The notes beneath the pieces were generated by a model. It was not told where the DNA came from and searched no databases. It worked only from the letters and a program-made list of their open reading frames with translations. The position numbers and the translations under genes are program-made. Below are positions 10,805 through 21,602 of a stretch of DNA of 64,000 nucleotides, in pieces. Source of the stretch: Malacoraja senta (Eukaryota); the NCBI GenBank assembly GCA_038087875.1, contig CM075996.1, positions 9,798,001 to 9,862,000 on the forward strand. The letters are read 5' to 3'. Each line of letters starts with the position of its first letter. Positions within the stretch are counted from its first letter, which is position 1.

Positions 10805-11150
10805 TGCCTTGAACGACAACTCTGGCCCGATTTCCGAGTCTGTCTTGCAATACAATCCTGGCCATAATACTGAGCCTATCTGATAATTCTGACCTGTCTT
10901 AAAAGACAACTCTGGCCATAATTCTGAGCCTGTCTCGAAAGACAACTCTGGCCACAATTCTGAGCCTGCCTCGAAAGACAACTCTGGCCACAATTCTGAG
11001 CCTGCCTCGAAAGACAACTCTGGCCACAATTCTGAGCCTGCCTCGAAAGACAACTCTGCCCATATTTCCGAGCCTGTCTCGAATGCAATCCTGGCCAAAA
11101 CACAGACCCTGCCTCAAAACACAATTCTGGCCCAATTCCAACCTGCTTGG
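10805..11150. repeat. 36-bp tandem repeat (GCCTGCCTCGAAAGACAACTCTGGCCACAATTCTGA) inside DIRS
   Basis: Near-identical central units at about 10930-11060 with degenerate flanking units. Confidence 0.92.
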
Positions 11151-11784
11151 AATGCTAGTATTGTCCAGTTTTACATGGTTAGATGCCTCTAAGTAGATGA
11201 CAATGCCTTAATCATTTGTGTATTGTACAACCAAGTGTAAATCTTACCAACTTGTAAGTGGTCCCTTAGTTGTAGAGTAGAACTGGTAGAGTGCGTGGAA
11301 CCTCTGGCCAGCTTTCATGCTGCCACCAGCTTCAGTGAACCGCTTACTGCCGATGAAGACGTGGGGTGCGTTGTCACCGAAACTATGAAGCTTTGCTCGT
11401 CGTTGGCCTTGATTGGTCCAATAGCTTGTGCTTCGTTCTCCAGGTTTTGCCTGTTGAATAGGTCTTAACTGAATAGAAGATTCGGCGGCTGGCTCTAATG
11501 TCCCCCTGATGGCGTCAGATTTACACTGACCCGGCATGCTCTCTTCCTCCAAGAGGGAGACATGAAGCAGCCCAGTTACAAGGCGCTGCTGGCGCGGCCT
11601 CTCCATTAGGCCGACGCTGGCATAGACTCGGCGTCAGACTAATACTGACCCGGCGACTTCCATGCCTTGGGGTATGCTGCTCTGCAATACCTCCAACCTC
11701 AGGGTCAGAACAAAACTGCCCCGGTAAGCTCACCTCCTCCATGAGGGAGACATTATGTAGCCCTTCTACAGGTGCTGCTGCCAT

Positions 11785-12000
11785 ACATTAAGCAGCCCGT
11801 TTACAAGGCGCTGCTGGCGCGGGCTCTCCCATAGGCCCAGCGCTACCACCGACTCAGCATCCACATGAAGCAGCCCTGTCCAAGGCGCTGCTGGGGTGGG
11901 CTCTCCCATAGGCCCAGCGCTGTCACAGACTCAGCATCCACATGAAGCAGCCCTGTCCAAGGCGCTGCTGGGGTGGGCTCTCCCATAGGCCCGCGCTGAC
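11785..12000. repeat. Tandem ~80-bp duplications in the DIRS 5' (gag-side) region
   Basis: AAGCAGCCC...CAAGGCGCTGCTGG...GGGCTCTCCCATAGGCCC recurs three times, with related copies near 11560. Confidence 0.8.
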
Positions 12001-12571
12001 ACAACTCCTGCTAGTGTATCTAGATGGAGCATCCTCTCCATTAGGAGCTCCATCCTGGCCAACCTCCAAATTTATATACATTACCGGCGGGGAACCCTCC
12101 CGGCACTCGGGCTGACCGTTCTGGTCGGTTTTACCCCATATCCTGGGGACCACTGCGGTCTGGACACCGCATTGCTGCTGGATGTCCCCTCCCCGGGAAC
12201 CACAGCGTCTGGAAGTCACTGACCGTCTTATCAGTGACTGCGATGGCGAACCCGACATTCGCCAGCTACCCGCTTCCGCGGTCGGACCCGGGTTTCCCCA
12301 CAGCACTTAGCTGGTTTCCCTCGTCGGCCTTCGCGAAGTATCGGACAGGAAACCTCTGTAACAAGAGGTTCCTGCAAAAAAAATCTAAAACAGGTAAGAA
12401 ATACAAACTTACCTGAAGTTTAAACTTACCGCTGGCAGAGGCGACGCGCCTGCCAGTCCGGTGCTTCGCCATGCGAGCACCGTAATGACGCGCATGCGAA
12501 CGACCGGGGTCTTCTTCACGTAGTCACTCACGTGATTCCAAAGTTAAATGGAGGCAGTTTGTTGAGAGATA

Positions 12572-12960
12572 CAAAGTCAAAAGTCAAAGTCAAAGTCAAA
12601 TTTATTCCTCACATGCACCAACCAAGGTACAGTGAAATGAATTTGCCAGCAGCGATACAGTTGATAAAGAGAACACACAATACACAATCAAATAACACAA
12701 ACATCCACCACAGTGAAGAATGCTGTTCAGTCCAGTCCAGTTCAGTCAGTCCCCCTCTTCTATTGGAAAAAAGTGCGTCTCCGTCGAGGAAGTGACTGAG
12801 AAACAGTTTCCCCCTTTCCCCCCCACCACCCCCCACACAAGACACATCGAGAGACAAAAAAAACACTCGGACATACCACAAAAACATTCGGACATACCAA
12901 AAAAAAAAAAAAAAGTCAAAATAACAAACACGCTGCTGGCAGGGCAGCCGACTCGCAGCA
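12572..12960 (-). mobile_element. Non-autonomous retroposon with Rex-Babar-like 3' end and (TTTGAC)n tail
   Basis: AAAGTC repeats then TTTATT...CACATGCACC...GGTACAGTGAAATG; shares modules with 17894-19460 and 59230-60018. Confidence 0.55.
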
Positions 12961-12977
12961 CCCCCAACCTACCAACC

Positions 12978-13269
12978 GATACAGTGCAGAAACAAGCCCT
13001 TCGGCCCACCGAATCCATTCGGACCAGCGTTCCCTGCACATTAACTATCCTACACACACTAGGGACAATTTTTACATTTATACCAAGCCAATTAACCTAC
13101 AAACCTGTACGTCTTTGGAGTGTGGGAGAAAACCAAGGATCTCGGAGAAAACCCACACAGGTCACAGGGAGGACGTGCAAACTCTGTGCCGACAGCACCC
13201 GTAGTCAGGATCGAACCTGGGTCTCTGGCGCTGTGAGGCAGCAACTCTACCGCTGCACCACTGTGCTGC
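12978..13269 (-). mobile_element. tRNA-derived V-SINE (HE1-like)
   Basis: Reverse complement of the SINE consensus seen at 42482-42787. Confidence 0.85.
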
Positions 13270-13775
13270 ACAGTTGTAGAGGTTGTTCCAGGCAGCTGAT
13301 GGCATCAGCATCCATGGAAGAAACTGGAGATCAGGAAGCTGATCCGGAAGAATGCAGAAGTGTTGGAGGGGATGATATCAGGATCAAGAAACAGCTTCTC
13401 TGAGGCGTGAGAGCCCACTGGTACGTTGCCCTGGACCCTGGCCTATTGAATCTCAAGGCCCACCATGGCCCCGAAAGGAAGTGAGGGGAAAAATAACGGG
13501 AGAAAGGGGGCAGGTGAGAAGAAAGAGAGCGAGTGATAGAAGCAGCAGGAGACGTATCACACTGGCTCCATCTCATCAAACTGTGCTCACACAGCTTTAA
13601 CACAGCGACAGACAATCACTTTAGATTAAGCGCATTCTTCAAAAAAGCAGGCCCGCGCATTGGACATCGACTGAATGTAAACAGTTCATGGGTCTCTTAA
13701 AACACCAACCTCGCAACAAAAGAAGAAAGGATAAAGAGATGGCCATTCAGGCTGTCGTGGCTACCTTATCAATTA

Positions 13776-14379
13776 CACAGTGGCGCAGCGGTGGAGTTGC
13801 TGCCTCAAAGCGCCAGATTCCCAGGTTCGATCCTGACCACGGGTGCTGTCTGTACAAAGTTTGTACGTTCTCCCCGTGACCGCCTGGGTTTTCTCCGGGT
13901 GCTCCGGTTTCCTCCCACATTCCAAAGACGTGCAGGTTTGTAGTGGCCAGAGTGAGCACCACCGGAAATTGGAGGAGCAGCACTTCATATTCCGCTTGGG
14001 CAGTCTGCACCCCAGCGGCATAAACATTGAAATCTCCAATTTCCGGTAGCCCTTGCTGTCTCCTCCCCTTTTCAGCTCTCCCTCAGCCCTCGGGCTCCTC
14101 CGCTTCCTTTTTCTTTTCTTCTCCCCACCCTACATCAGTCTGAAGAAGGGTTTCGACCCGAAACGTTGCCTATTTCCTTCGCTCCATAGATGCTGCTGCA
14201 CCCGCTGAGTTTCTCCTGCATTTTTGTCTACCTCAGGTTTGTAGGTTAATTGGCTTGGTATAAATGTAAAATTGTCCCAAGTGTGTGGGATAGAATTAGT
14301 GTCCGGGAGATCGTTGGTCGGCACAGACTCGGTGGGGCCGAAGGGTCCTGTTTCCGCACTGTATCTCTACATGAAACTA
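13776..14379 (+). mobile_element. tRNA-derived V-SINE interrupted by a Penelope fragment
   Basis: A box TGGCGCAGCGG, B box GGTTCGATCC, V domain GTTCTCCCCGTG...GGTTTCCTCCCAC, CR1-like tail. Confidence 0.85.
13944..14233 (+). mobile_element. Penelope-like 3' fragment (ORF end + pLTR with hammerhead-like core)
   Basis: Translates RKLEEQHFIFRLGSLHPSGINIEISNFR*; 11-bp TSD CAGGTTTGTAG (13933-13943, 14234-14244). Confidence 0.88.
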
Positions 14380-14465
14380 TCCTACTGTTCATGACTGGAC
14401 GGTATCTTGGCTCCTTCGCCCACACCTCCTCTGCTCCATAACACCCTTGCCAATGAGAGATCTCC

Positions 14466-14629
14466 GGGGTGGGAGATTGCAACCTTCACGTGGTGGGAGA
14501 TTGCAACCTTCACCCTGTTTCGATGAATGCAATCAATCTGGCGTGCACAATCAAATAAGATCAAATAGAACAAGTTGTACTACAATTTTAGGCTGTGCAC
14601 GCCATACACAAGAGGAATAAGAATAAGAT
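14466..14629 (+). mobile_element. Short Vingi/Ingi-like non-autonomous retroposon, HDV-like head disrupted
   Basis: Homologous to 63191-63328; TSD GAGATCTCC (14457-14465, 14630-14638); AAG-rich tail. Confidence 0.8.
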
Positions 14630-15474
14630 GAGATCTCCAATCTGACCATTTCAAATGAGCTCCATGGTCATTTGAGAGGTGATGGGGCAGAGATTCCACA
14701 ATTCCACTCGCCTCACTGTGAATTGTTTTAAGAGCACAGGACTCAGGTGTGATGTTTTTTTCAGTCGTCAGACTGGCATCTTTCCAGACGGTGTCTGGAG
14801 CACAGAGATGGGAATGATAATTTCCTGATCCCTGAAGAATTACGCTTGTGCTCAAAACTAGAGCTGACAGTTTCAGCAGCGACGAGCAGCTTCTGTAATC
14901 TCCTGCCACGAGCTGCGGGAAATGGGTCCCAAAGCGGAAGAGGCTTAGATCGTCCCCGTCTCTCCTTTGCCTCGAGCTGCTCGGTAAGATGCATTCTCAT
15001 CACCTGATGACAGGCCGCAGAGGCTTGGTAGGGAGCAGCTTTGTTTCAGAACACCGTGGGTTCAAATCCCGTGGGAATAAGAAGGAAGTGCAAGTGGTTG
15101 AGGGAGGTACAATAACAACATTTAACAGACATTTGGACAGACACATGGGTAGGAAAGGCTCAGAGGGATATAAGGAATAGGAGAATGAGGCCATTCGGCC
15201 CATCAAGTCTACTCCGCCATTCAATCATGGCTGATCTATCCCTTCTAACCCCATTCTCCTGCGTTCTCCCCATAACCACTGACACCTGCACTAACCAAAA
15301 ATCTATTTATCGCTGCCTTAAAAATATCCATTGACTTGGCCTCTACAGCCTTCTGGGGCAAAGACTTCCATGGGCATATTGCTCGGTGTGGATGAGTTGG
15401 GCCGAACGGCCTGTTTCCATGCTGTATGACTATGAAAATGTGGGATTTGCTGCCGGTCAAAATGAAATAGTTAA

Positions 15475-15793
15475 TGGACCTGTCCCACTTAGGCGATTTT
15501 TTAGGCAACTACAGGCGACTAGTTTGTCGCCACATATTTGCCGGGCGTAGTCTCCTCAGTCGTGCAAAAAGTCGTAGCGTCTATCTGGTCACCGCTAAAT
15601 TTTCAACATGTTGAAACATTTTTGGCGACAGTGGGTTTGACGCCAATGAGCGTAGCTTGACTTCTCCTGACGTAGGTGCTGTCGTAGGTTGTCGCCAGGA
15701 TGACGTAGGTTGTCGCTGGTTTTTCTGCGACCTGCTGCGACTATGACAGTCGCCGGCAGTTGCCTACAAAAATCGGCAAGTGTGACAGGCCAA
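15475..15793. mobile_element. PIF/Harbinger-type MITE
   Basis: TIR TGGACCTGTCCCACTT / AAGTGTGACAGGCCAA flanked by TAA/TTA. Confidence 0.8.
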
Positions 15794-16014
15794 TTACTGA
15801 TCTCTCAGCTGGATGCTAAAATATCCTGCAGGACCATTTGGAAGTGTGGGATCTTTACGTCTGATGATTCGCATTGCAAGGATGTGGAGTGTGGTGGAAA
15901 CACTGCCGCTCCTCCTGGCCCTCGAGCTGTACTGACTCTCCTCAAGAGGATTCTTCCTGGCTCCTCTTCCCACCGGGACTCTCAGGTCTCATGGATCCAC
16001 AGATCAGGTTTCAC

Positions 16015-16810
16015 GGGCGGGCACGGTGGTGCAGCGAGTAGTGCTGCTGCCCCACGACACTAGTGACCCAGGTTCGATCCTGACCTCGGGTGCTGCTTGT
16101 GGGCAGTTTGCCCGTTCTCCCCGTGACAGTATGGATGTCCTCTGGGTGGAGCAAGGTTGATGATTGATGGTCGATGTGGGCTCGGTGGGCCAAAGGGCCT
16201 GTTTCTATTCTGTATCTCTAACCAAAGACAACACTATAATGAAAAATGGTGGCATTTACATCACTAAGTCATTCAGCGCAGAAGCAGGCCCTTCTGCCCA
16301 CCTGGTCTATGCCAACCATCATACCTGAATAGTAATACCATTTACCACACTTGGTCCAGGGCCTACATTGCTGTAGTGATTCCAGTGCTTGTTCAGGTAT
16401 TTCTCTAATGTTGGGAGCCTCTCTGTCTCCACTACCCTCTCAGGCAGAGTGTCGCAGATTTCAACCACATTCTGTTGAAAAAAAACTTTCTCTGACTTAG
16501 TGTGGCACAGTGGCGCAGCGGTAGAGTTGCTGCCTTACAGCGCTTGCAGCACCAGGGATTCAGGTTCGATCCCGACTACGGGTGCTGTCTGTACGGAGTT
16601 TGTACCTTCTCCCCGTGAAATGCCTGGGTTTTTCGCCGAGATCTTCTGTTTCCTCCCACACTCCAAAGACGTACAGGTAAGTAGATAAATTGGCTTGGTA
16701 TAAGTGTAATTTGTCCCTAGTGTGTGTAGGATTGTGTTAATGTGCGGGGTCGCTGGTCGGTGCGGACTCGGTGAGCCGAAGGGCCTGTTTCCACGCAGTA
16801 ACTCTAAATT
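16015..16810 (+). mobile_element. Two V-SINE copies (16015-16222 internally deleted; 16503-16810) flanking a minus-strand CR1 remnant
   Basis: A/B boxes, V domain and GGGCCTGTTTC tails. Confidence 0.8.
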
Positions 16811-16869
16811 AATCTCCTCTGAACCTCTTAACTTCAACCTGTGCCCTCTGGTCTCAGACACAGCTAATG

Positions 16870-17230
16870 TGTCTGGTCAATGGTGATCCCCTCCACACCC
16901 CCTCCCCCCTCCTCCAGATGTCAATGGAGTAGGAATTGTTGACGGTAATGTTATTGAATATCACGAGTAGGTGGTTAGACTCTATTAATGGACAACTGAC
17001 TTGGAACTTCTGTTGTGCTGACGTCATTTGCCACCTGTCAGATATTTAGGTTGTCGCGTCCTTCATTTATCGAGCAGTTGCAAATAGAATTGAACATTGT
17101 GTAATCATCACCAAACATAGAAAGAGGCTGTTTGATCAAGCAGCTGAAGATGACTGAATCCTGAGGAACTCCTGCAGTCATGTGCTGGGGCCAGGATGAT
17201 GTGCATCCAACAACCAACATTTGACACTGG
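16870..17230 (-). pseudogene. Decayed LINE RT fragment
   Basis: AGVPQDSV...IFSCLI...MFGDD corresponds to the GVPQGS and FADD motifs. Confidence 0.6.
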
Positions 17231-17319
17231 CCCCAAAGACACAGGAGCACAATGAGGCCATTCAGCCCTAGCGAGTCAGTGCCACCATTCAATTCAATTC
17301 TATTTTACCCTCTCAACCT

Positions 17320-17731
17320 CAGGGACAGGTTAACCAGCCTGAGACTCTATTCCTTGGAGCGCAGGAGGACGAGGGGTGATCTGATAGAGGTATAGATCGG
17401 GTAGATGCACAGTCTCTTGCCCAGAGTAGGTGAATCGAGGACCAGAGGACATAGGTTTAAGGTGAAAGAGAAAAGATTTAATAGGAATCTGACTGGTAAC
17501 CTTTTCACACAAAGGGTGGTGGGTGTATGGAACAAGTTGTCAGAGGAGGTAGTTGAGGCTGGGTCTATCCCAACGTTTAAGAAACAGTTAGACAGGTACC
17601 TGGATAGGACAGGTTTGGAGGGATATGGACCAAACGCAGGCAGGTGGGACTAGTGTAGCTGGGACATGTTGGCCGGTGTGGGCAAGTTGAGCCGAAGGGC
17701 CTGTTTCCATGCTGTATCACTCTATGACTCT
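17320..17731 (+). mobile_element. CR1-type LINE 3' fragment
   Basis: SRTRGHRFKVK...NLFTQRVVGVWNKL...FKKQLDRY C-terminus; ends CACTCTATGACTCTA. Confidence 0.88.
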
Positions 17732-17893
17732 AAACCCATTCTCCTGCCTTCTCCCCATAACCCCTGACGCTCTTAGTAATCAAGAATCTATCATCTGTAA
17801 ACATGGAAGGAAGTTCTTTGATCAACCTGCAGAAGATAATTGAGCGATGGACTTCTGAGGAATTCCTGCAATACATCTAGGTAGATGAATATG

Positions 17894-19460
17894 ATTCAAG
17901 ATTCAAGATTCAATTTAATTGTCACATGTACCAATTAAGGTACAGTGAAATTTGAGTTACCATACAGCCATAACTAAGTAAAAAGGAAAAATACACACAG
18001 CATGTAAAATAAAGTTGAATATAACCATCCACCACAGTGGAATCAACATTCCTCACTGTGATGGAAGGCAATAACGTTCAGTCATCTTCCTCCTTTCTTC
18101 ACCCGTGGTCGGGGCCTTTGAACGGGGCCGTTGCCAACGGTTCGCTGTTCAAGCCCTCTCGTCGGGATGATCAAAACTCCGGCGTCAGGACGGATTGGAA
18201 CACTCCACGACATGGAGATTAGAGAGATTAGAGAGATTTTATTTCTTGTCATTTGAACCTCAGTGAGGCTCAAACGAAACTCCGTTTCCACAGCCATACA
18301 AACAAAACAATTCCTACACGACACACAAACAATTCAATTTACAGAAAAACATCCATCACAGTGAATCTCCTCCTCACTGTGATGAAAGGCAAAGTCTTTT
18401 CTCTCCCCTGCACCATTTTTCTCCCCATGTTGAAGCCCCAGGCGGGCAATGTTAAGTCCCACGGCCGTTGAGGCCGCGCCGGGCGATGTACGGCCTCGCT
18501 CCAGGCCCAAAAGTCACAACGTTGGAGCCCCCGGCGGGCGCTGGAATGTCCCGCGGCCATTAAAGCCGCGCCGGGCGATTTACAGCCCCGCTCCGGGTCG
18601 TTCCAACCCCGCGACACGGGCGGGAGAAGTTGCGTTGCGGGAGCTCCGGAAAGCGGTCTCTCACCCGGACCCGCGAGCTCACGAAATCATAGTCCACAGG
18701 TCTGCAGCTGGAGCTCCGGAGTCGGGCCGCAGCAGCGAGCCACCACCGCTCCTCACGCTCCGAGGCCGGCCAGCCCCACGATGGTGAGTCCGCAGCTCCG
18801 CAGGCTCCGCGACTGGAGCCCCCAGGTCGTCCCGGTCGGAGGCCGCTCCACGGAGCTAGGCCCCAACGACAACGGAGACCCGACAGGTAAAAGGTCGCGT
18901 CTCCCGTGCAGGGAAGAGATTTTAAAAGTTTCCCCCTCCCCCCCCCGCCCCCCACATATACACAGTTTAAAACAGTATAAAAAAAACACAAACAACTACA
19001 TTTAACTAGACAAAAATAAAAAAATAAAAAGACAGACAGGCTGTAGGGGCCGCTGCAGTAATCCGCGCCGCGAGTTCCCGAGACTGGAACTCCCGAGTCG
19101 GCTGCTTGTTACCAGAGACCGCGGGCTTCACGGTGTTAAAGTCCACAGGCCCCACGGTCGAAGCCTGTGACGATCCTCAGCAAAAGATCTGCGAATGTGA
19201 GTCCGCGTCGCACCCGCGGATTGAAGCTCTGGGCTGGTCTCCAGGAAAGGCCGCACCACTCCACAAAGTGGGGGAGGGGGACGGAGATGCGGCACGGAGA
19301 AAAATCGCATCTCCATCGAGGTAAGTGACTCCGATCCCCCCCCCCCCCACGCACCCCCCACATAAAACATACCAAGAGACATTAAAACAAACATTCAAGA
19401 CATCCTTAAAATAATAAAAACAGAGAAGGGACAAGACAGATTGCTGACGAGGCGGCCATT
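17894..19460 (-). mobile_element. Cluster of GC-rich non-autonomous retroposons with Rex-Babar-like tails
   Basis: Tails at 17894 (ATTCAAG)n and 18217 (ATTAGAGAG)n; 18217-19057 is the reverse-complement homologue of 59230-60018. Confidence 0.6.
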
Positions 19461-20086
19461 ACGGCCAATAAACCACATCTGATTCTGTCCTGGGAGAAGC
19501 TAAATTATTCAGCCCAGGAGGTGGTTAATTATCCAAAGCTGCACCACAGTGAGTGCGGACTAACCAAGCACCCGGCCGTCTCCCATTCAGACTCTCTAAA
19601 ATGGACATATTTCCTGGAATACAGCATCATTGGCAGAGCCAGCATTTATTTCCCCTCTCTAACTGCCCTTGAGAAAATGTAGAGACAAGAAACGGCAGAC
19701 GCTGGTCTACAAAAAAAGACACAAAGTGCTGGGTTAACTCAGTGGGTCAGGCAGCATCTCTGGAGAACATGGATAGGCCACGTTTTTGGGTCGGAAACCT
19801 TCTTCAGACAGATTGTAGTACGGGGGAGAAACCTGGAAAGTTGAGAACGGGGCAGAGCCCATCAAGTGAGAGAGCGGCAGCAATCTCACAAATCTCCTCA
19901 AGGTGTGCCAACGTTGAAGTTGTCCTCTCTCAAACAGCAGTTCTGTGAGAGCCTCTCTCCCTTCTCCACCTGCGATTCATGCTGCCCTCCTACCACTTGC
20001 CAACAATCCTACCCCTTACGACAATCAGTCCGACCCGAAACGTCGCCTATCCATATTCTCCAGAGGTGCCGCCTGGCCCACTGTTA

Positions 20087-20718
20087 AGGGCCTGTCCCAC
20101 TTTCACAACCTAATTCATGACCTTTTTTACTTGTGGACATTTTTCATCATGCTAGAAAAATGCCACGACCTTCTTGATGCCAGGAGTACCTACGACCAAA
20201 GATCCTAGAGCAAGATAGACCACTCCTGCTAAATGCAATGGGCTGACGTGTAGTACACAACGGAGCGGAACTGGGCCTTTTTTTCATCCATTTCAGTAAC
20301 CCGACCCGACCCGACCCGACCCGCAGTGTAATCAACGTTGCGGGGGAACAGTTTGTGTTAATAAATTTAAATTCTGAATTCTGATTTTTACCAAATAACT
20401 TTTATTTTTACGAGGATGTTTCCGTAACCGGCTTCCGTCTCCGCACTAGTATCCTATGGGATCTTTGGTGCGGAGACGGAAGCCGGTTGCGGAAATGGGG
20501 CCGAAAATTACCCATGAATCTGCCCATGACCGTACTACGTCTTTTTCGTCGAGTGGACTATCTTGCTTGCTGTAGGGTCTTTGCCTTCGACTAGCATCAC
20601 GGCCTGCTACGACCTACCTATGACCTCCTACGACCTCGTGACGACCGTGCTGCGAGTATGAGTGAAGGGCAAACTCGGCAGAGGTCGTGAATTAGGTCGT
20701 GAAAGTGGGACATCCCCT
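20087..20718. mobile_element. PIF/Harbinger-type MITE with a nested element
   Basis: TIR AGGGCCTGTCCCACTTT / AAAGTGGGACATCCCCT; TSD TTA (20084-20086, 20719-20721). Confidence 0.88.
20197..20583. mobile_element. Non-autonomous DNA transposon, CAAAGATCCTA termini, 8-bp TSD (hAT or P superfamily unresolved)
   Basis: ~30-bp imperfect TIR CAAAGATCCTAGAGCAAGATAGACCACTC / GAGTGGACTATCTTGCTTGCTGTAGGGTCTTTG; TSD CCTACGAC / CCTTCGAC. Confidence 0.82.
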
Positions 20719-20849
20719 TTACACTGGTCTTTTTTTGAGAAATCAACGGTGACACATTCTTGAGTCACCACAGTTTTTCTGATAGAAGTTAATGACACAC
20801 CTTGACCCTAAATATGGGCCAAGATTAAGTGCCTCTCAAACCTGACCTC

Positions 20850-21191
20850 TCATGGAGGACGCCTGTGCGTGACTTTGTTTAACGTGGGGAGACTGGTGCA
20901 CAGACAGCCACCCCACGGTCCTTGACAGATCTGGGTCAGGATCCAGTAGCGTAGAATCCAAGACGACCGGAGACCCTTTTCTGCTGCAGCCTTCATCCGC
21001 CTTCCCAGCCGTTGTGACGCTCCACTAAAGTCAGCCATCATCCTCCGCCTATTCCACCATTGAGGTCTTGGTTGGATTGCTCTTTGTCAGAGACCTCCCC
21101 CTTGACCTACCAGGAGCATAGCACAAGATGGCATCGCTCTCAGGATCTCACAAGCTTCTCCACCATGACAAGGTGACAATCCACGGAGAAG
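20850..21191 (-). mobile_element. Short RTE-like non-autonomous retroposon with predicted HDV-like ribozyme at 5' end
   Basis: Minus strand begins CTTCTCCGTGGATTGTCACCTTGTCATGGTGGAGAAG, resembling vertebrate RTE 5' leaders; base-pairing detailed in findings. Confidence 0.6.
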
Positions 21192-21194
21192 ATT

Positions 21195-21602
21195 GCCCAG
21201 TACTGACCTCCCCACCATCGAAGGGACCTATATGAGGCACTGCCTCAAAAAGGCAGGCAATTCCATCAGAGACCCACATCACCCTCGCTATGTTCTTACC
21301 ATCAGGAAGGAGGCACAAGAGCCTGTATACGGTGACCAACGGGTTTGAGAACAGCTTTTTCTTCAGCAACATCTTGGATACTGCGCACAAACCTCAATTT
21401 TGAACTCCCATGGCCTGTCTTTGGTTGCACTCAGGACTTTAGGTTTTGTTTTGCACTAGTTTGGTGGTTATTAATTTATTGATTGTTCTGTTGATTATAT
21501 ATTACCTCTGTGTATTGTGCTTACAAGCCTGTTATGTTACTGCAAGTAACAATTTTATTTTTCCATTGCCAGTACATATGGCAATTAAACACACTTGACT
21601 TG
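21195..21602 (+). mobile_element. Rex-Babar LINE 3' fragment
   Basis: LPSGRRHKSLYTVTNGFENSFF-like translation; ends CAATTAAACACACTTGACTTG. Confidence 0.65.

Larger units (their letters stand above)
5693..12548 (-). mobile_element. DIRS-like tyrosine-recombinase retrotransposon, coding region decayed, termini intact
   Basis: ITR pair 5767-5804 / 12484-12521 (35/38). ICR 5914-6026: first half is the exact reverse complement of 5693-5771, second half complements 12513-12548 (33/36). Minus-strand relics of YR, methyltransferase-like and RT/RNase H regions. Confidence 0.9.

Noticed and set aside
14860..15020. CpG-containing unique segment with splice-like signals on both strands
   Set aside because: Ambiguous strand and no recognisable peptide.
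20842..21210. CTGACCTC direct repeat as TSD of the RTE-like element
   Set aside because: The right copy lies about 12 bp outside the element, within the adjacent Rex fragment; may be chance.
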